NCBI RefSeq assembly: GCF_001194135.2
Contig: NC_068999.1
Coordinates: forward strand, 53,777,268-53,841,267
DNA: 64,000 bases
Direction of reading: 5' to 3'
Source: Octopus bimaculoides
Lineage: Eukaryota
Part shown: piece by piece, positions 14,180 through 27,535 of the stretch
Layout of the letters: each line of letters opens with the position of its first letter
How positions within the stretch are numbered: the stretch's first letter is position 1
Made by a program: the position numbers and the translations under genes
The notes under the pieces: model-generated
Databases searched by the model: none
What the model was told of the DNA's origin: nothing
The model's input: only the letters and a program-made list of their open reading frames with translations

Positions 14180-14385
14180 CAGCACAGCATGATGTGACAG
14201 CTGGGGGGAGAGAGAGCTGCACTAGCACTCTTGTTGATACTCATTTTCAACTGAGTAGACTGGAGCATTGTGGAACAAAGTTCTTTACTCAAGGACACAA
14301 CATGCTACCTGCTCCAAGAATTGAACCTATGGCATTGTAATTATAAGCCACACACCCTAACCACTCAGCCATGCATCTTCACATA
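14180..14385 (-). mobile_element. tRNA-derived SINE, family D
   Basis: CTCAAGGACACAACATGC..GAATTGAACC..CTAACCACTCAGCCATGC is the reverse complement of a tRNA-like head; + strand relatives lie at ~54540 and ~58590. Confidence 0.55.
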
Positions 14386-15536
14386 GTAGTTGTATGTGTG
14401 GCATTAATAAATCTTTAGATGTAGCTATGGTTGTATTTGTGGCAATATAATGTAGATAGATCAGCGGTTATCCATAGAAATAGTAGTAGAAGTAATCCAG
14501 GATTATATTTGTGTTAATCTCTAAATATAACAGCAGTAATCTCCAAGCAAGTCGCCAATGATCTCCAGATTCAATAGTGACATATACGAAATGTTTGGAT
14601 TCTTAAAAAGACAAATACATGATGTGATGAACATCTCCTTGCACCCTTCCACCTCTCTTCTTTCTTTCTCTGTAAAGCAACAATGCAAGCAGAGGAAATT
14701 ATTAAAGTGTAGACTGAAGGCATGTTGTGTTATGGTGGAAACCTTTTCAACCCCTATCACAAGAGAAAATAATGGACATTACAATGATAGGGATATATGT
14801 GGGAAAATGTAAGTGGGAAGAGCACTAATTAGATGGTTGTAGTCCAAATTGTGGTGAGGCAATCTGACAGGAAAAAATATGAATATATAAGTAATTATAT
14901 CTATAATGTAATGCAAAAAGGTTGGGTAGCAATACCAAAGTCCCCATCTCCCCTCCATTTCATATGTGAATTTTTTTGTCTTAGATCCTTTACTATATAA
15001 AAATTCTCAAGTGGCACATGTTGATGTATTTCTATAAATATGAAGAAACTAAAAGACAAAACAAAATAATGACTCTCTGTATGTTTGTGAAATAAGGAGT
15101 GGATGTGTTCCTCCTACGGATGGTACCAAGGCAATATAGCCACCTATGGTAAATGATAACAGATAGCCTTTTCCAATGACAAGACATAAGTGTCTGAATG
15201 CTGAAGTGGTCCAAATAATTATATGTTGGTTAAACACGACATTTCTCAATTTTTAAATTTATTACAAAGGGTTCAGAATAAAATAGGAGGCTGTGACATT
15301 CATGCCTTTTCATAAAGGCATGAACAACTTCAGAATACATATTTGCTATTTACGTAACAATTTTTTCAAACTTGTGTTCCTATTCTCAGTCATTCACCAA
15401 AGATAAGGTGAAGTATTAATTGGGTGGGTTGTTGAGTATGGCATAACTGTATAGTCAGGGGACTTGAATGATATCATTATACACACACACACACACACAC
15501 ATATACATACCACATACCTACATATGCACATACATG

Positions 15537-15580
<44 letters not shown>

Positions 15581-16483
15581 ACATGTTCCATGTCAGCATT
15601 GAACATGAATATTAAATGATGATAAATATATGTGTGTCTGTGCATGTGTATGTGTTTGCATACACATGTAAACATAGATATACACATAATCTTTTATTTG
15701 TTGGGATTGATACAAAGCAAAAAAAAAAAACAAAAAAAACTGTAGGCCCTTCAGCCACTCCTGTAGTAATCTCTTCTAATAAAAGATTATATATACTCTG
15801 CTCAAAATATTTAGTCCTCTTTCTTCCATGTGTGTATGAATGAATGTGTGTATAAGTATTTATTTTTTTAATCAGCATAAATTTACAAAAGTGATTCAAG
15901 GGCCCATGGTTTTGTACATGGCACTTATCAAACATTTCTATGAATTTATATGTAAATATATGCATGTTATAGGTATGTGTTTTTGTGTGTATATATGTGT
16001 GTGTGCATCTTTAATATATATTTGTATGTATATGCATATATGTATGTTTTGTGCATGTAGATATACGTATATGTAAAAATATATATGATTTAAAATGTAA
16101 GGTATATCTGTATACCTTTTTTAATAGACATGCAATATTGTCTTCATTGTAAATAGTAAAACCACAGGTTACATGCAGTACAGTTAATATTTCTCTATAG
16201 ACATAAAAAGGATTGTTGTGACTAGTTTCTAGTCTTGTTAGATGTTCATTGAAGAAAACGTAACCATGTATCTAGAATGAAATTAGTAGTTTACAGCAAT
16301 TTACAAACAAGGACCCAGCTAAACTGGCCAGTTACATTTGCATAAAAGAGCATCTGCTGACAAGATGGAATAATTAATTCATGCATTCATTAATGGATGC
16401 ATTACACAGGACTTTTGGAGAATCTGAATCGTAAGGTGTACTGTTTTTGGTTTTGGTTTTTAATAAACATGTAACAATATTCC

Positions 16484-16525
<42 letters not shown>

Positions 16526-16682
16526 TTGAAGATTGGAGTTTGTGGTATTGTTTTTTAAAATAATATCCTCAACTCTTAGCTTCAATTTTTATTTTTCATA
16601 CTTTACAATGGAAATGGAATTTGCAGATTTTCTGTTTATTTGAAACAGCAGTTTCATGGGGAGAGATTCCCCTGTGCGATTT

Positions 16683-17490
16683 TCAGATAGCCGCTGTCTG
16701 TAGAAGTGCATCATAAGCAGTTGTCTGAAAATGTCATCACAATATTATCTACTGATGAGACATGATGTTGTAGCTAGGACACTCTATAATGAAATCCGTC
16801 TGAAGGATAACCCTGAGGACAAAGAAATAAGAACCCACAGTATGGTGGAAGCCATAGCCACTCATAACAAAAAGGAATATTGGTGGAATGTCCCAGTGAA
16901 GACCTCAATAAAATGTAAGCACAAAAGACCTGATGTAATGATTTGGGACAGAGAAGAGAAACTGTGTACAGTTGTGGAAATTAGCTGCCCAGCAGATGTT
17001 AACAAAGTTGAAGACCAGTGAAAAAGAGAACACCTACGCTGAACTATTGTGAAATCTGCAGTTACTCTATCCAGATTATAAGTTCAGGTTTATACCCGTA
17101 ATTATTGGGGCCCTGGGATATGTAACACAATGCCTAAATACCAATCTTGAGAAATTCAGCTTCTCAAAACCAGAAAGGAGAAAGCTAATTCGAAGACGGC
17201 AGATCCAATCCATCACTGGAACTGTAAAAATCTGTAAAACTTTCCAAAAGTTTATCATTTAAATATATATGAGCATGTCTAGATATGCAACTATATGCAT
17301 GAGAATACATACATAAAGCAAAACATATGAATCTGCACACATACATACACACATACATACAAAAAAAAAATACCCTGTTGTTGATGTTGAAATTCCAATG
17401 AAGGAGCCTTGGATTTAGGTTAGAAACCAATTCTTTCTGCAGTGGCGAGAAATCTTGCAATAAAACTTGAACAATGACAGACATACATAC
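16683..17490 (+). mobile_element. R4/Dong-like non-LTR retrotransposon 3' fragment (restriction-like endonuclease domain and 3'UTR), pseudogenised
   Basis: IISSCLKMSSQYYLLMRHDVVARTLY...WWNVPVKTSIKCKHKRPDVMIWDREEKLCTVVEISCPAD, then a frameshift to KLKTSEKENTYAELL*NLQLLYPDYKFRFIPVIIGALG...KTFQKFII* (stop at 17262). These are the RHD, PD-(D/E)xK and GALG motifs of RLE-type LINEs. Confidence 0.85.
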
Positions 17491-17560
17491 AATATATATA
17501 TATGTGTGTGTGTGTGAGCAAAATTTTGATAAAACCTTATGGTAATGTGAGTGTGTAATA

Positions 17561-17819
17561 AAACGGAATAAAATATGGCATAGCCAATAAAAGCAGAGAT
17601 GTAGAAATGTTTAAAATTCCATTTTTAATATTCCAATATTTTAGGACCAAAAAAATCCCTTCTTCAGGCAGTAAGAAGAGTTCTCTGAGTTAGATCGTAG
17701 CCAGCTCAATCTGTCTTCAGAGAAGAAAAAAAATCCAAGATATTGAAATATTAAAAACAGAATTATAGACATTTCGGCACCTTTGTTATTTATTGGCTAC
17801 ACCATATTTTATTTTGTTT
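17561..17819. repeat. Fold-back MITE-like inverted repeat (~82 bp imperfect arms)
   Basis: AAACGGAATAAAATATGGCATAGCCAATAAA...ATTCCATTTTTAATATTCCAATAT pairs with ATATTGAAATATTAAAAACAGAATT...TTTATTGGCTACACCATATTTTATTTTGTTT; many of the differences are CpG-type transitions. Confidence 0.75.
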
Positions 17820-17920
17820 CATTCATCATTCATCACTCCAATTGCCATTAGGTTTTGTTACAATTCATCATTTTATACATCACACATCACAATACTTAAC
17901 TGAATTTTCAAACGCGCACG

Positions 17921-17983
<63 letters not shown>

Positions 17984-19631
17984 GATCAATAAAATAACTA
18001 CCAGTTGAACACTGGGATTGATGTAATCGACTTACTGACTTAACCCCTCTCTCAAAATTGCTGGCCCTGTGCCAAAATTTGAAACCAATGTGTGTGTGCG
18101 TGCGTGCGTGCGCATGCGTGCATGTGTGTAGACAGAAAGATAGATAGACAGAAAGATAGATAGACAGACAGACAGATAGATAGACACACAGACACAGAGA
18201 TGGAGAGAGAGAGAGAATCTATTTATTTTTATCGTTGGCACTATTGTTAAGAAACCTGAATGTCCTCATTTTGAGAAGATTTTGGATAGTGCTAATCAAT
18301 TGAAGCATTATTTAATCAGTTAAATGGCTGTGATCATCCTCCCTTTTTTGTGGAAATTGTTGCTGTCCTGTAAGTTAGGATTTAAAGACCATAAGCCTCT
18401 ATGTCCCAGATGGAATAGTGAATTTTTTTTTTTTAATGAGATTTTACTGAAATAAAGAGCTAGACAAATACTTGTGTTGCAACCTTCTCACCTGTTTTCA
18501 TATATTGTGCTATATTCTTGTGGGATAATTTTCTTTTATCAAGAAATCCTTAAAAAAGAAAGAAAAGAAATAGTTAATAAATGAACTGGAAATATCCAGT
18601 TTGGTCTGTCTGTATGTGTGTTTGTGTGAGTGTGTGTGTGTGCGCGTATGTGCATGCGCACATATGAATGTATTTTCGTATCTAAACATGTGTATTATAT
18701 ATCTGCTTATAATATACTTTCACACACACATACACGTGTGTGTGTATATATATATATACACTTAAATTTATAGCTATGTTTACGTGTGTTTTGTGTATAC
18801 ATATGATCTTGTATATGCCTGGACATTTACACACCTAGATATATTCACATGCTTTCACAAACTCATGAACATGTACATAAATACACGTAAAACTACATGG
18901 TATATACATATGCACACACATAAACACATGTACACAAACACACACACACACACACAAGCACACACACAAGCACACACACAAGCACACACACAAGCACACA
19001 CTCATCTGTGTTGTCTTAATTGATTTCAAGTTAGTCTTCCATTCTAGCCTGGGGTGTGCCATTACTATAGTGTATGTATGATGCTAGTGAAATACTATAC
19101 ATCACTAGGTATTGCACTGCTTTGAAAACAGCAAGAATGTCAGCTGGCCAATACTGTCCAAGAACTAACTGTAGGTGGGCAAACTGCCAGAGAATTCACT
19201 CCACCTTGTTAACCATAAACTAGCAGTTTGTATCTGCAACAGTTTCATATGCATATACATACATACATTCATACATACATACATACATATGTATATACGC
19301 ACAAATATGCATGTATGTATATGTATAAACACTTCAGTAATAGCAACAGAAAACCTGCATAGTATTATCACAGAACCAACAGCAGAAATCCCGTGATTGT
19401 GCACGTTTAGAATTTATGTCAGCATCAATGTCTGATTCCACCCCCTCCACACCATTTTTGGAAGAAGTTGATAAACCAAAGAATTTAGAAAATGTCCATT
19501 ATCTAGGTTAAGACACTAATCAACTACCGCTGCTTCACAGAATGGGTGAAAAAATACATAATTATACACAAACACAGCATATGTGTATATGTGTGTTTGT
19601 ATGTGTGTTTCTATATATATATATATATATA

Positions 19632-20810
19632 TACTTAAATCTCTCACTTTACAAAGTAATGTGTTCCTAAAAATGTGGCCATAATATGAAATTCCGTAAT
19701 GCGAAATTCATTTTCCTGTTCATTTTCATAATATTGAGTGAGACTGCATTCCTATGGACATTTACGGAATTTTTTTTTTAAATGAAGCACAAGAAAGCAA
19801 CAGGGAAGAAGCAACACAATCACCTTTATAGATGAAAATAACCTTTTCTAAACATAGATGGTACAATATAGATGCATGAAAACACAAAGACGTTTCAAGT
19901 TAGGGAATTAATAAGAATCATAATATCATAAGAATATTTTTTTACCACAAAAGATGTTGACTATTGTGTGATAAGTGGTGGTGGAATGAGAGTTACTAGG
20001 AGGATGAGAAGCAATATTTACTTATAGTTCATTATTATGAACATCATCTTGAGGGATGAAATATTTATTCAAAGTTGTTTGTTGTTTGAGAGGCATCTTC
20101 TCTTTATACAGCTCAGTATAGGAACTGAGTGCATTGTAAACTCCTCTGGTTACATTCACAATTAGGATCATTATCAGAAAAACCTGCAGTCTTTGTTCTG
20201 TAAGTGCCAACCCTTTAGCAATAATTTTTGTAGCCAATTTAAGTGGTGTAGGTGGAAATTATGTTGTCTCATATGTATTCTCAGATTTTCCTTTTTCTAG
20301 CATCAGCTCCGCATTAGGTAGACTTCCTTTCTGAGACAACTCAATCACATCCTCAGACTTCTTCAAATCCTACATCATTTGCAAGTGTTACAATATCTTT
20401 TTGAATTTACTGTAGACTTTCTGCATGAGAAAATCTTGTAAATGCCACAGATATTTTTCCATATACTTTTCCAAGCATTATTCAAAGTTGAAGATTTCTC
20501 TTTATCCCATGACTCGGCTACATTAGCTACAACATCCATTATGTTGAATTTCTTCCAGAAATCTCTAAATATAGGTTTATCTTCCCTGTCAATTGCTTTC
20601 ATAAGTTGTTTGAAAGTTTTCATTTCATATACCTTGAAGTTAGCTGTCACACCTTGATCCACTGGTTGGAGCAAAGAAATTGTATTCTTGGGGATATATT
20701 CTACTCTCACATTATCAGAAAGGTCATCTAAGTTTGCTGCATGGCTCAGTGCATTGTCTAAAAGAGGGTTCACCAGATTTTATAGACAATTCACTCCTGG
20801 CATTCCTGCA
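19632..20810 (-). mobile_element. Tigger/pogo DNA transposon, 5'-truncated and degenerate (DDE_1 transposase C-terminal half and 3' TIR)
   Basis: LLDNALSH...YIPKNTISLLQPVDQGVTANFK...RDFWKKFNIMD...ESWDK..SSTLNNAWKSIW (ORF 20375-20773) and KQQTTLNKYF (ORF 20022-20237). A TA-flanked, degenerate TIR-like end lies at ~19632. Confidence 0.88.
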
Positions 20811-20928
20811 TTAAGATATAAATACATGCACATGCATGCATGCACACACAAAATGTGCATGCACAAACACGTATATGCACACACACTCATACACAAACAA
20901 TCATGTACATGCACTCACATACATACTC

Positions 20929-20964
<36 letters not shown>

Positions 20965-21608
20965 ACACGTGCACACACATGCTGGAGACAAGTAGATATC
21001 TGTTGTAGCCAGTTGGATTCAAAAGTCGATAATGGGGATGAAGTGGGTTGCATTGGCCGAGGTGTTAGTGACAGTGGGCAGGTATTGTTGGTGTTGTGGT
21101 GTTTATATTGTTCTTGTTAGCTATATTGTGGCTGCTTAGTCTCAAGTCAATCCTCTTAGACCTAAGATCAAAGATATTTCATTCAACTTTTAACATACTC
21201 TAGAATACAACATTATATTTCTATTTGAAATGGATTTGCTTATCTACTTCAAACTATATATTAGTGTTGCTGTTGGTGATTGCGTTTGTGTTGGCGATAG
21301 AAACACATGCACACATGCATGCATACATATTCATATACATACATACATACATACATATATATATATATACTCACATTATGTACATTTATATATACATGCA
21401 TGTATGTGTGTGTATTTACATGTGTAATGTGATGATAGTTTCCCAAATCATTAACTTTATACTTTGATCTTAATGAAAATTCAAGTAGTCATTGAGCTAA
21501 GAAGAAAGTGTAGTTTTAAATTGTTAACCATTTAAAACTATGCAATACAATTTTCCATAAGAGCGAAATTGCAGACTGTATCCCCAAATTAATGATTATG
21601 CTTATGTA

Positions 21609-21762
21609 TTGGGTTGGTGCATAATTATTGCGGCTTTTTTTCAACAAATTTTATTCAACAAAAACAATAACAGTATGTATCAAAAACATCTTTAAATGAT
21701 TATTCCGGAGCATAGTCACCATCTACTTCAATTACTGCTTCCCATTTGCTTGGCAGACGGTC
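21609..21762 (-). mobile_element. mariner transposon 3' end fragment
   Basis: TA followed by TTGGGTTGGTGCATAATTATTGCGGC (Hsmar1/Mos1-like TIR). The minus strand encodes DRLPSKWEAVIEVDGDYAPE*, like the mariner C-terminus LPxRWxxVIxxDGxY. Confidence 0.85.
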
Positions 21763-21770
21763 AGACCGTC

Positions 21771-22064
21771 ATTTAAAGATGATTTTCAGTTCTATATTTA
21801 AGAGATGAGGAATTATGTACATTATTTACGTTATTTACATTCGACAAATATTTGTCCCCATCTTGTTTGTTGTTAACACAACCTTTCGGCTGATGATATA
21901 CTCTCCAGCCTTCTTCAGGTGTCTTGGGGAAATTTCAAACCTGGGTTCTCATTCCTAAGGTATTTTTTGATGTTATTATTATTATTATCAGGTCACTGCT
22001 TGGAATCGAACTCAGAATCTTGGGGTTAGTAGCTCGTGCTCTTAACCACTACACCATATGCCCG
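21771..22064 (-). mobile_element. tRNA-derived SINE (distinct family)
   Basis: The minus-strand head GGGCATATGGTGTAGTGGTTAAGAGCACGAGCTACTAACCCCAAGATTCTGAGTTCGATTCCAAGC has A- and B-box-like motifs, followed by a non-tRNA body. Confidence 0.75.
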
Positions 22065-22379
22065 TCATCATCATCATCATACACACACATATACAAATAC
22101 ATATATGTGTATGTATAAAATATATACATACAAACACACACACATACACAAACTAACACACACACATATCTCACGCAGGACAAATACAAGACAGGTACAC
22201 AGATATTAAGCGAGGAATGGAAGATATAACATCTCGTGTTGTCATTCAGATTATCTACAATGGTCCCCCATTAAGTCTTTGACCATTTTTTGTCTGTTAT
22301 CAAAATATTATCTTCATTTACATTTTTAAATCGTTTATTTATATATTTATTTTTTCAACTAAGAACTATCTTGCTTCCC

Positions 22380-22750
22380 TTCACCCCACCACCACCACCA
22401 TCGCTGCCACCACCACCACCACCACCACTACCATGAACACTACTGCCATCACTGCCACCATCATCACCATAATCGTCACTACTACCACCACTGTCCCTAC
22501 CACCAATCACCACTACTGCCATCACAACCTCTACCACCACCACCACCACCATCTGCTACTACAACCACCATTGCCTCTGCTGCTACCACCTCTACCAACA
22601 CCAATATCATTACCAGTGTCACCACTACTATCAACATCGCCATCACCACCACAACGATATTGACTAAAACCACCACCACCACCACCACCACCACCACCAC
22701 CATCACCACCACCATCACCACCAGCACTACTACCACCACCACTGCTAGCG
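22380..22750. repeat. Degenerate (CAC/CAT/TAC)n trinucleotide field; similar fields at 1460-1900, 8920-9330, 25640-26150 and 28150-28440
   Basis: Direct inspection; these fields produce the poly-V/T/G/H ORFs in the track. Confidence 0.9.
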
Positions 22751-23399
22751 TTCACACAATTACATTATCCTTCTGATGTATTTGTTTAACTCCAAAAAGT
22801 CTGAAAACCTAACTCCATTAGCAACAGCCCAGCTCCATTAGCAACCTCTAATTCCAAGACTCAAGTTTTCTTGTGAAAAATCAAAGAAATATGAATAAGG
22901 AAAATAATCTTCACAGTTTTAACCAAAAATAGAAAAAACATGATACAAAAATATCATACAAAAAATGCAAAAATATAATACAAAAAGCTGCAAAAATATA
23001 ATACAAAGAAAATAATAACAAATAACAAGATAAATAAATAAACAAATAAATTTAAGATAACTAAATTTAATTTTTTTATTTCCTTTCATTTTTGGATCTA
23101 TTTTGTATTTTTTTTTGGGGGGGGGGAGAATATTTTATCAATTTTTGTTGTTGTTTTGCATTTTGGTTTTCAAGTTTCAGTCCATATTTAAGTGGAACAA
23201 GGAAACATTTGAGACATTTGGAAAACAGATAAAAGCCAAAATGGTATGGGAAGTTAAAGACTCCAGTTTTGTTGAGTGATAGACATTAATCTAGGTACAA
23301 AGTAACTTCTGTGTGTCATGTTGTGTATCTACAAGTGGTGGTGGTGGTGGGAGAGTGTAAATGTAAAGGGAAAATGTTATATCTACGTTACTGTCAATA

Positions 23400-23650
23400 T
23401 AGCCATGTGGTTAAGAAGCTTGATTTGCAACCACGTGATTTCAGGTTCAAGCCCCACTGTGTGGCACATTGGGCAAGTGTGGTGTTGACTTTGTTTATGT
23501 CCCCATAACTTAGCAGTTCAGCAAAACAGACCGATAGAATAAGTACCAGACATTAAAATTTGTACTGGGATCGACTTGTTTGACTAAACCTTTGAGGGCA
23601 GTGCTCCAGCATGGCAATAGTAAAATGAGTAATACAAGTGAAGGTAAGAA
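23400..23650 (+). mobile_element. SINE family B, internally deleted
   Basis: Head and tail motifs are shared with the 11653 and 24944 copies. Confidence 0.7.
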
Positions 23651-23669
23651 GGTAAAAGTGATACATATA

Positions 23670-23704
<35 letters not shown>

Positions 23705-23712
23705 GTAATATT

Positions 23713-23930
23713 AACAAGAGCACTCAGAGAGCACAAACCTCCACTAAGGCAACACTAACGTCCTCTCAATGATTAGCCAGAGATTATTTTTAAAATGAGA
23801 ATGTCTGAAATAAACTCGACTGCTCTCACAAGCGAGAATACTAAAAATGAACCCGACCACTCTCAAAAATTAAGTGAAAAAAAAACAGAAAAATAATCCA
23901 GAATTCTTGTCCGGTACCTGATCAATCCCA
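23713..23930 (+). mobile_element. Helentron/HINE-like non-autonomous element, 5' part
   Basis: AACAAGAGCACTCAGAGAGCACAAACCTCCACTAAGGC start with a subterminal ACCTCC..AAGG motif; overlaps in sequence with 24465-24660. Confidence 0.5.
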
Positions 23931-24464
23931 ATGGTAGTCATGGAACGTGAAGGTGGCTTTAGATAATTTAGTAACAGTAATGAATAGTTTATCCTTATCT
24001 CATACAAGCCAAACTTAACAAATTCACCATTCAAAATAGTTTCGAAGGCAGAGGTAATAATAATAAGCTCTACTCAGGAATTTTTAAATGAATAGCATGA
24101 GACCTTTTGGTTTTCTCTTCTCTTAAATTCCAGCCTTCCTTTAGTATTCCTGCTGTTTTAGAGATTGATGTATAGATGTATGTATATATGCAAGTATACT
24201 GTAAAGTGTTAATATGTATGTACAATATATAATATATAAATTGTAAAAATATGTTAGTGTTATTTAATTTCTGAATGGTTTTGCTGCCATTTGTTTATGT
24301 AGTTTGATTTCTTTTTCCATCAGTTTCTACTAAGATAGAAACATGAGTAAAATTAATAATAGAGAAATGAAAACAAAATGTTGGAAACAGCCTAAAGGGA
24401 GATAATTGAGAAAGACTTGAAAGTCAACGTAAGATCGTATCGTGTAAAGTAAAGTAAATATAAT

Positions 24465-24660
24465 AAATAATCCAGAATCCCTGTCCAGAATTGGATCAAT
24501 CTCAAAATCTAATCAGTGTGTGCCAGTCATGAGGCTAAACATCTTGAAAGTTTTATTCAAATCCATCTTGTGGTTCTTGAGATATCTTGTCTACGGTCAA
24601 ACAAACTGACAAACACGACTGAAAACAATACCTCTGTCTTCGCTAAGGGGGAGGTAATAA
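24465..24660 (+). mobile_element. Helentron/HINE-like element, 3' part
   Basis: AATAATCCAGAATCC...GAAAACAATACCTC..CGCTAAGGGGGAGGTAATAA; the end is complementary to the 5' subterminal motif. Confidence 0.5.
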
Positions 24661-24943
24661 GTTTATTCACAAGAAAGAAAAGAACTGTACTTCAGTTTAT
24701 TTACACACAGGTACAAAATGTTTTCAAATTTTCCAAGGACATGTTTGTTTACTACTTCTGAGAGTATATATATCTTTGGTTCCTTCCTAAATCAATAGTA
24801 TAGAATATTGTATAAAACTGTTGTATAAAGCAATCATAAATTAGACTGTCTCCATAGTGGATAACTTAATTTGCATATTTGTACTTTTGGTGGCCTGTCC
24901 TTAATTAAAATATATTCTGTTTATGCTGAACACAGTAGATGTC

Positions 24944-25083
24944 GGCATGGCTGCATTGTTAAGATGTTTACTCTGCAACCATGTGGTTTTAGATTCAGTC
25001 CTACTGTGTGACACCTTAAGCAAGTGTTTTACATTATAGTCCCTGGCCAACCAATGCCTTATGAGTGAATTTGGAAGATGGAA

Positions 25084-25120
<37 letters not shown>

Positions 25121-25326
25121 CTGTGTTTACCTTCTCCACCACTTGACAACTGATGTTGGTTTGTTTATGTTCCTGTAACTAGGCAGTTCAGCAAAAGAGA
25201 CTAATAGAATAACTACCAGATTAAAAGCAAATAAGTACTGGAATTGATTTGTTTGACTGAAACCCTCCAAAGCGGTGCCCCAGCATGGCCACAATCCAAT
25301 GCCTGACACAAGTAAAAGATAAAAGA
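24944..25326 (+). mobile_element. SINE family B, near full length
   Basis: tRNA-like head, (TG)n interior, tail ..CCAGCATGGCCACAATCCAATGCCTGACACAAGTAAAAGA. Confidence 0.8.
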
Positions 25327-26235
25327 AAAATAAATCTGAAGAATGAGATTTAAATATTGCAATACAGAGTGGTTAGTAAAATAAGAATCCAAACACATTC
25401 TTCCTATCATAGATTATTCCTATGATCAAAGGCATTCTAGCCATGACCATCTCATCCTATCCTTTTTTTTTGTTTGTTTTCATACATGGTATTATCTAAG
25501 ACTACATTATCTGATATGTCCCATTATTTTTTTAGATGGCAGTCTGTGAATCAGGGGTGATTTGGTTATAATTTCTAGCAAACTTGAGTGACAATATATA
25601 AACTCTTATAGATAGATTGCATTGCTGTTGGTATTGATGTATCTGTCACCATCATCATCATCACCACCACCGCCACCTTCACCATTGTCATTGTCATCAT
25701 CATCATCAGCAGCAGCAGCTGCTGCAGCGTCGTCACCGCCACGACCACCACCACCATTATCGTCACCAAATTAGTGAACCAGTGGCGACCTTATTAATAT
25801 AATGATTTACAGAAAAGGTTAACACTTTGATATTGGTAAGTTGTCATAGAAATATTGTTGTTGCTGTTGTTGTCGTAGTTATAGTGGTGATGGGAGACGT
25901 TGAAGGTAATGATGATGTGGTGTGGTGGTGGTGGTGGTGGCGGTGGTGGTTGCGGCAGTCAAGTATGTGGTGGTCAAGGTTACGGTGTGGCATGGCTACA
26001 ATGTTGATGATGTGGTGCGGATGTTGTGTGATGCAGAGTAGATGATACAGTATTGTTGTTTAGGTGGTATGATGCGGTATTGCTGATGTGTTGCTGGTAT
26101 AGTATAGAACAGTATGAAGTGGTGTGATTGATCTGGTGAAGTATAGCATGATATCATGCGATGTGGTATATTGTTGTTTAGTCGAGTGGGTCAGGTATGT
26201 AGTCAGACACATGGAGGCATTATTTAGTGTAATAC

Positions 26236-26420
26236 AAGGCAGTGAGCTGGCAGAACCGTTAGCATGTTGGACGAAATGCTCAGCGGTATTTCGCCTGTGA
26301 CTATGTTCTGAGTTCAGATTCTGCCGAGGTCGACTTTACCTTTCATCCTTTCAGGGTCGATAAATTAAGTACCAGTTGAGTACTTGGGGCAATGTAATTG
26401 ACTATCCCCCTCTCCCAAGG
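26236..26420 (+). mobile_element. SINE family A
   Basis: AAGGCAGTGAGCTGGCAGAACCG...GAGGTCGACTTTACCTTTCATCCTTTCAGGGTCGATAAATTAAGTACCAG. Confidence 0.8.
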
Positions 26421-27535
26421 GAGTATGGTGTTGTGTGCAGTTGACATTATGTGGTGATATTCTGCAGTTGTTGTTGCTTTAATTGAATAATTGGCATAAA
26501 ATAAAATTAATTTTAAATAAGAACTGCAATTGGTTAAATCATTGTTCAATGCCATTCTTCAAAATATGTGGCCCTGTGGGTACATGAGAACTCTTTATTA
26601 GTAATTATTTTATTGGTCTTGGTAGAATCTGAACTGAATTACACTACATAAAGCATTTAATGGGACCATCTATCATTTAATGGGACAGACGTCATCATGA
26701 TGATGATCATCATTGCTTGACATCCAGTTCTCCATGTTTGCATGGATCAGATGGAATTTGCTGAGGCAGGCTTTTCTACGGCTGGATGCCCTTCCTGTCA
26801 CCAACCCTCATCAAGGTAATATTTCTCCCCATCATAGCCAGACATGCTTTTTATAGAAGACTGGAAATGAATAACATCATTTGTATGACAGTGATGCCCA
26901 TTTACAACACTCACATGATGTCAAGACAAGGCTATGCACATACACACACACACATTTATGCAGAGATACATGCATACACACACACACACACACACACATG
27001 TGCATGGACATATGTATACAACATGCTTTTTCTCAGTTTCCTTTTATCAAATCCACTCACAAAGCTCAGAGCTACAGTAGAAGACACTTGCCCAGAGTGC
27101 TATACAGTGGGACTGAACCCCAAACTAGATGATTAGGAAGCAAGCTTCTTAGCTACACAACCACACTGGTACTTATCATTTAATGTGACCAGATATTATT
27201 TAACACAACTATCTACCACTTAATATGACCATATATCATTCAATCTGGTCAACAATTATTTAATCCTTGAAAATTTCCATCCTTCAAAATTCACCAACAG
27301 TACACCTGGTGCCCCCCACCACCACCTTTTTTATTTTTCTGTTCTTATACAACTCACTTCTTGTGCATATTCTATGTACTATTCATGCACTTTTGGTTAC
27401 TTTTTCTGATGAGCTATAGTGCACCTGGGTACTGTATACAATAAGTTCGTTATTACTATATTATTAATGCGATTCTCTATCATTTAATGTGAAAATATCA
27501 TTCATTCAATGTGACCAGCTACTATTTAATGCGAT

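Noticed and set aside
14558-14812. 84 aa ORF ending at an AT|GTAAGT donor, with an internal TCTGTAAAG acceptor
   Set aside because: No homology, an AAG acceptor, and no phase-compatible partner exon identified.
21990-22064. tRNA-like sequences here and at the heads of SINE families A, B and D
   Set aside because: A/B boxes are present, but each continues into a SINE body without an intact cloverleaf; not called as tRNA genes.
22355-22755. Poly-V/G/T/H ORFs here and at 1451-1903, 25575-26045 and 28066-28440
   Set aside because: Translations of degenerate trinucleotide repeats.
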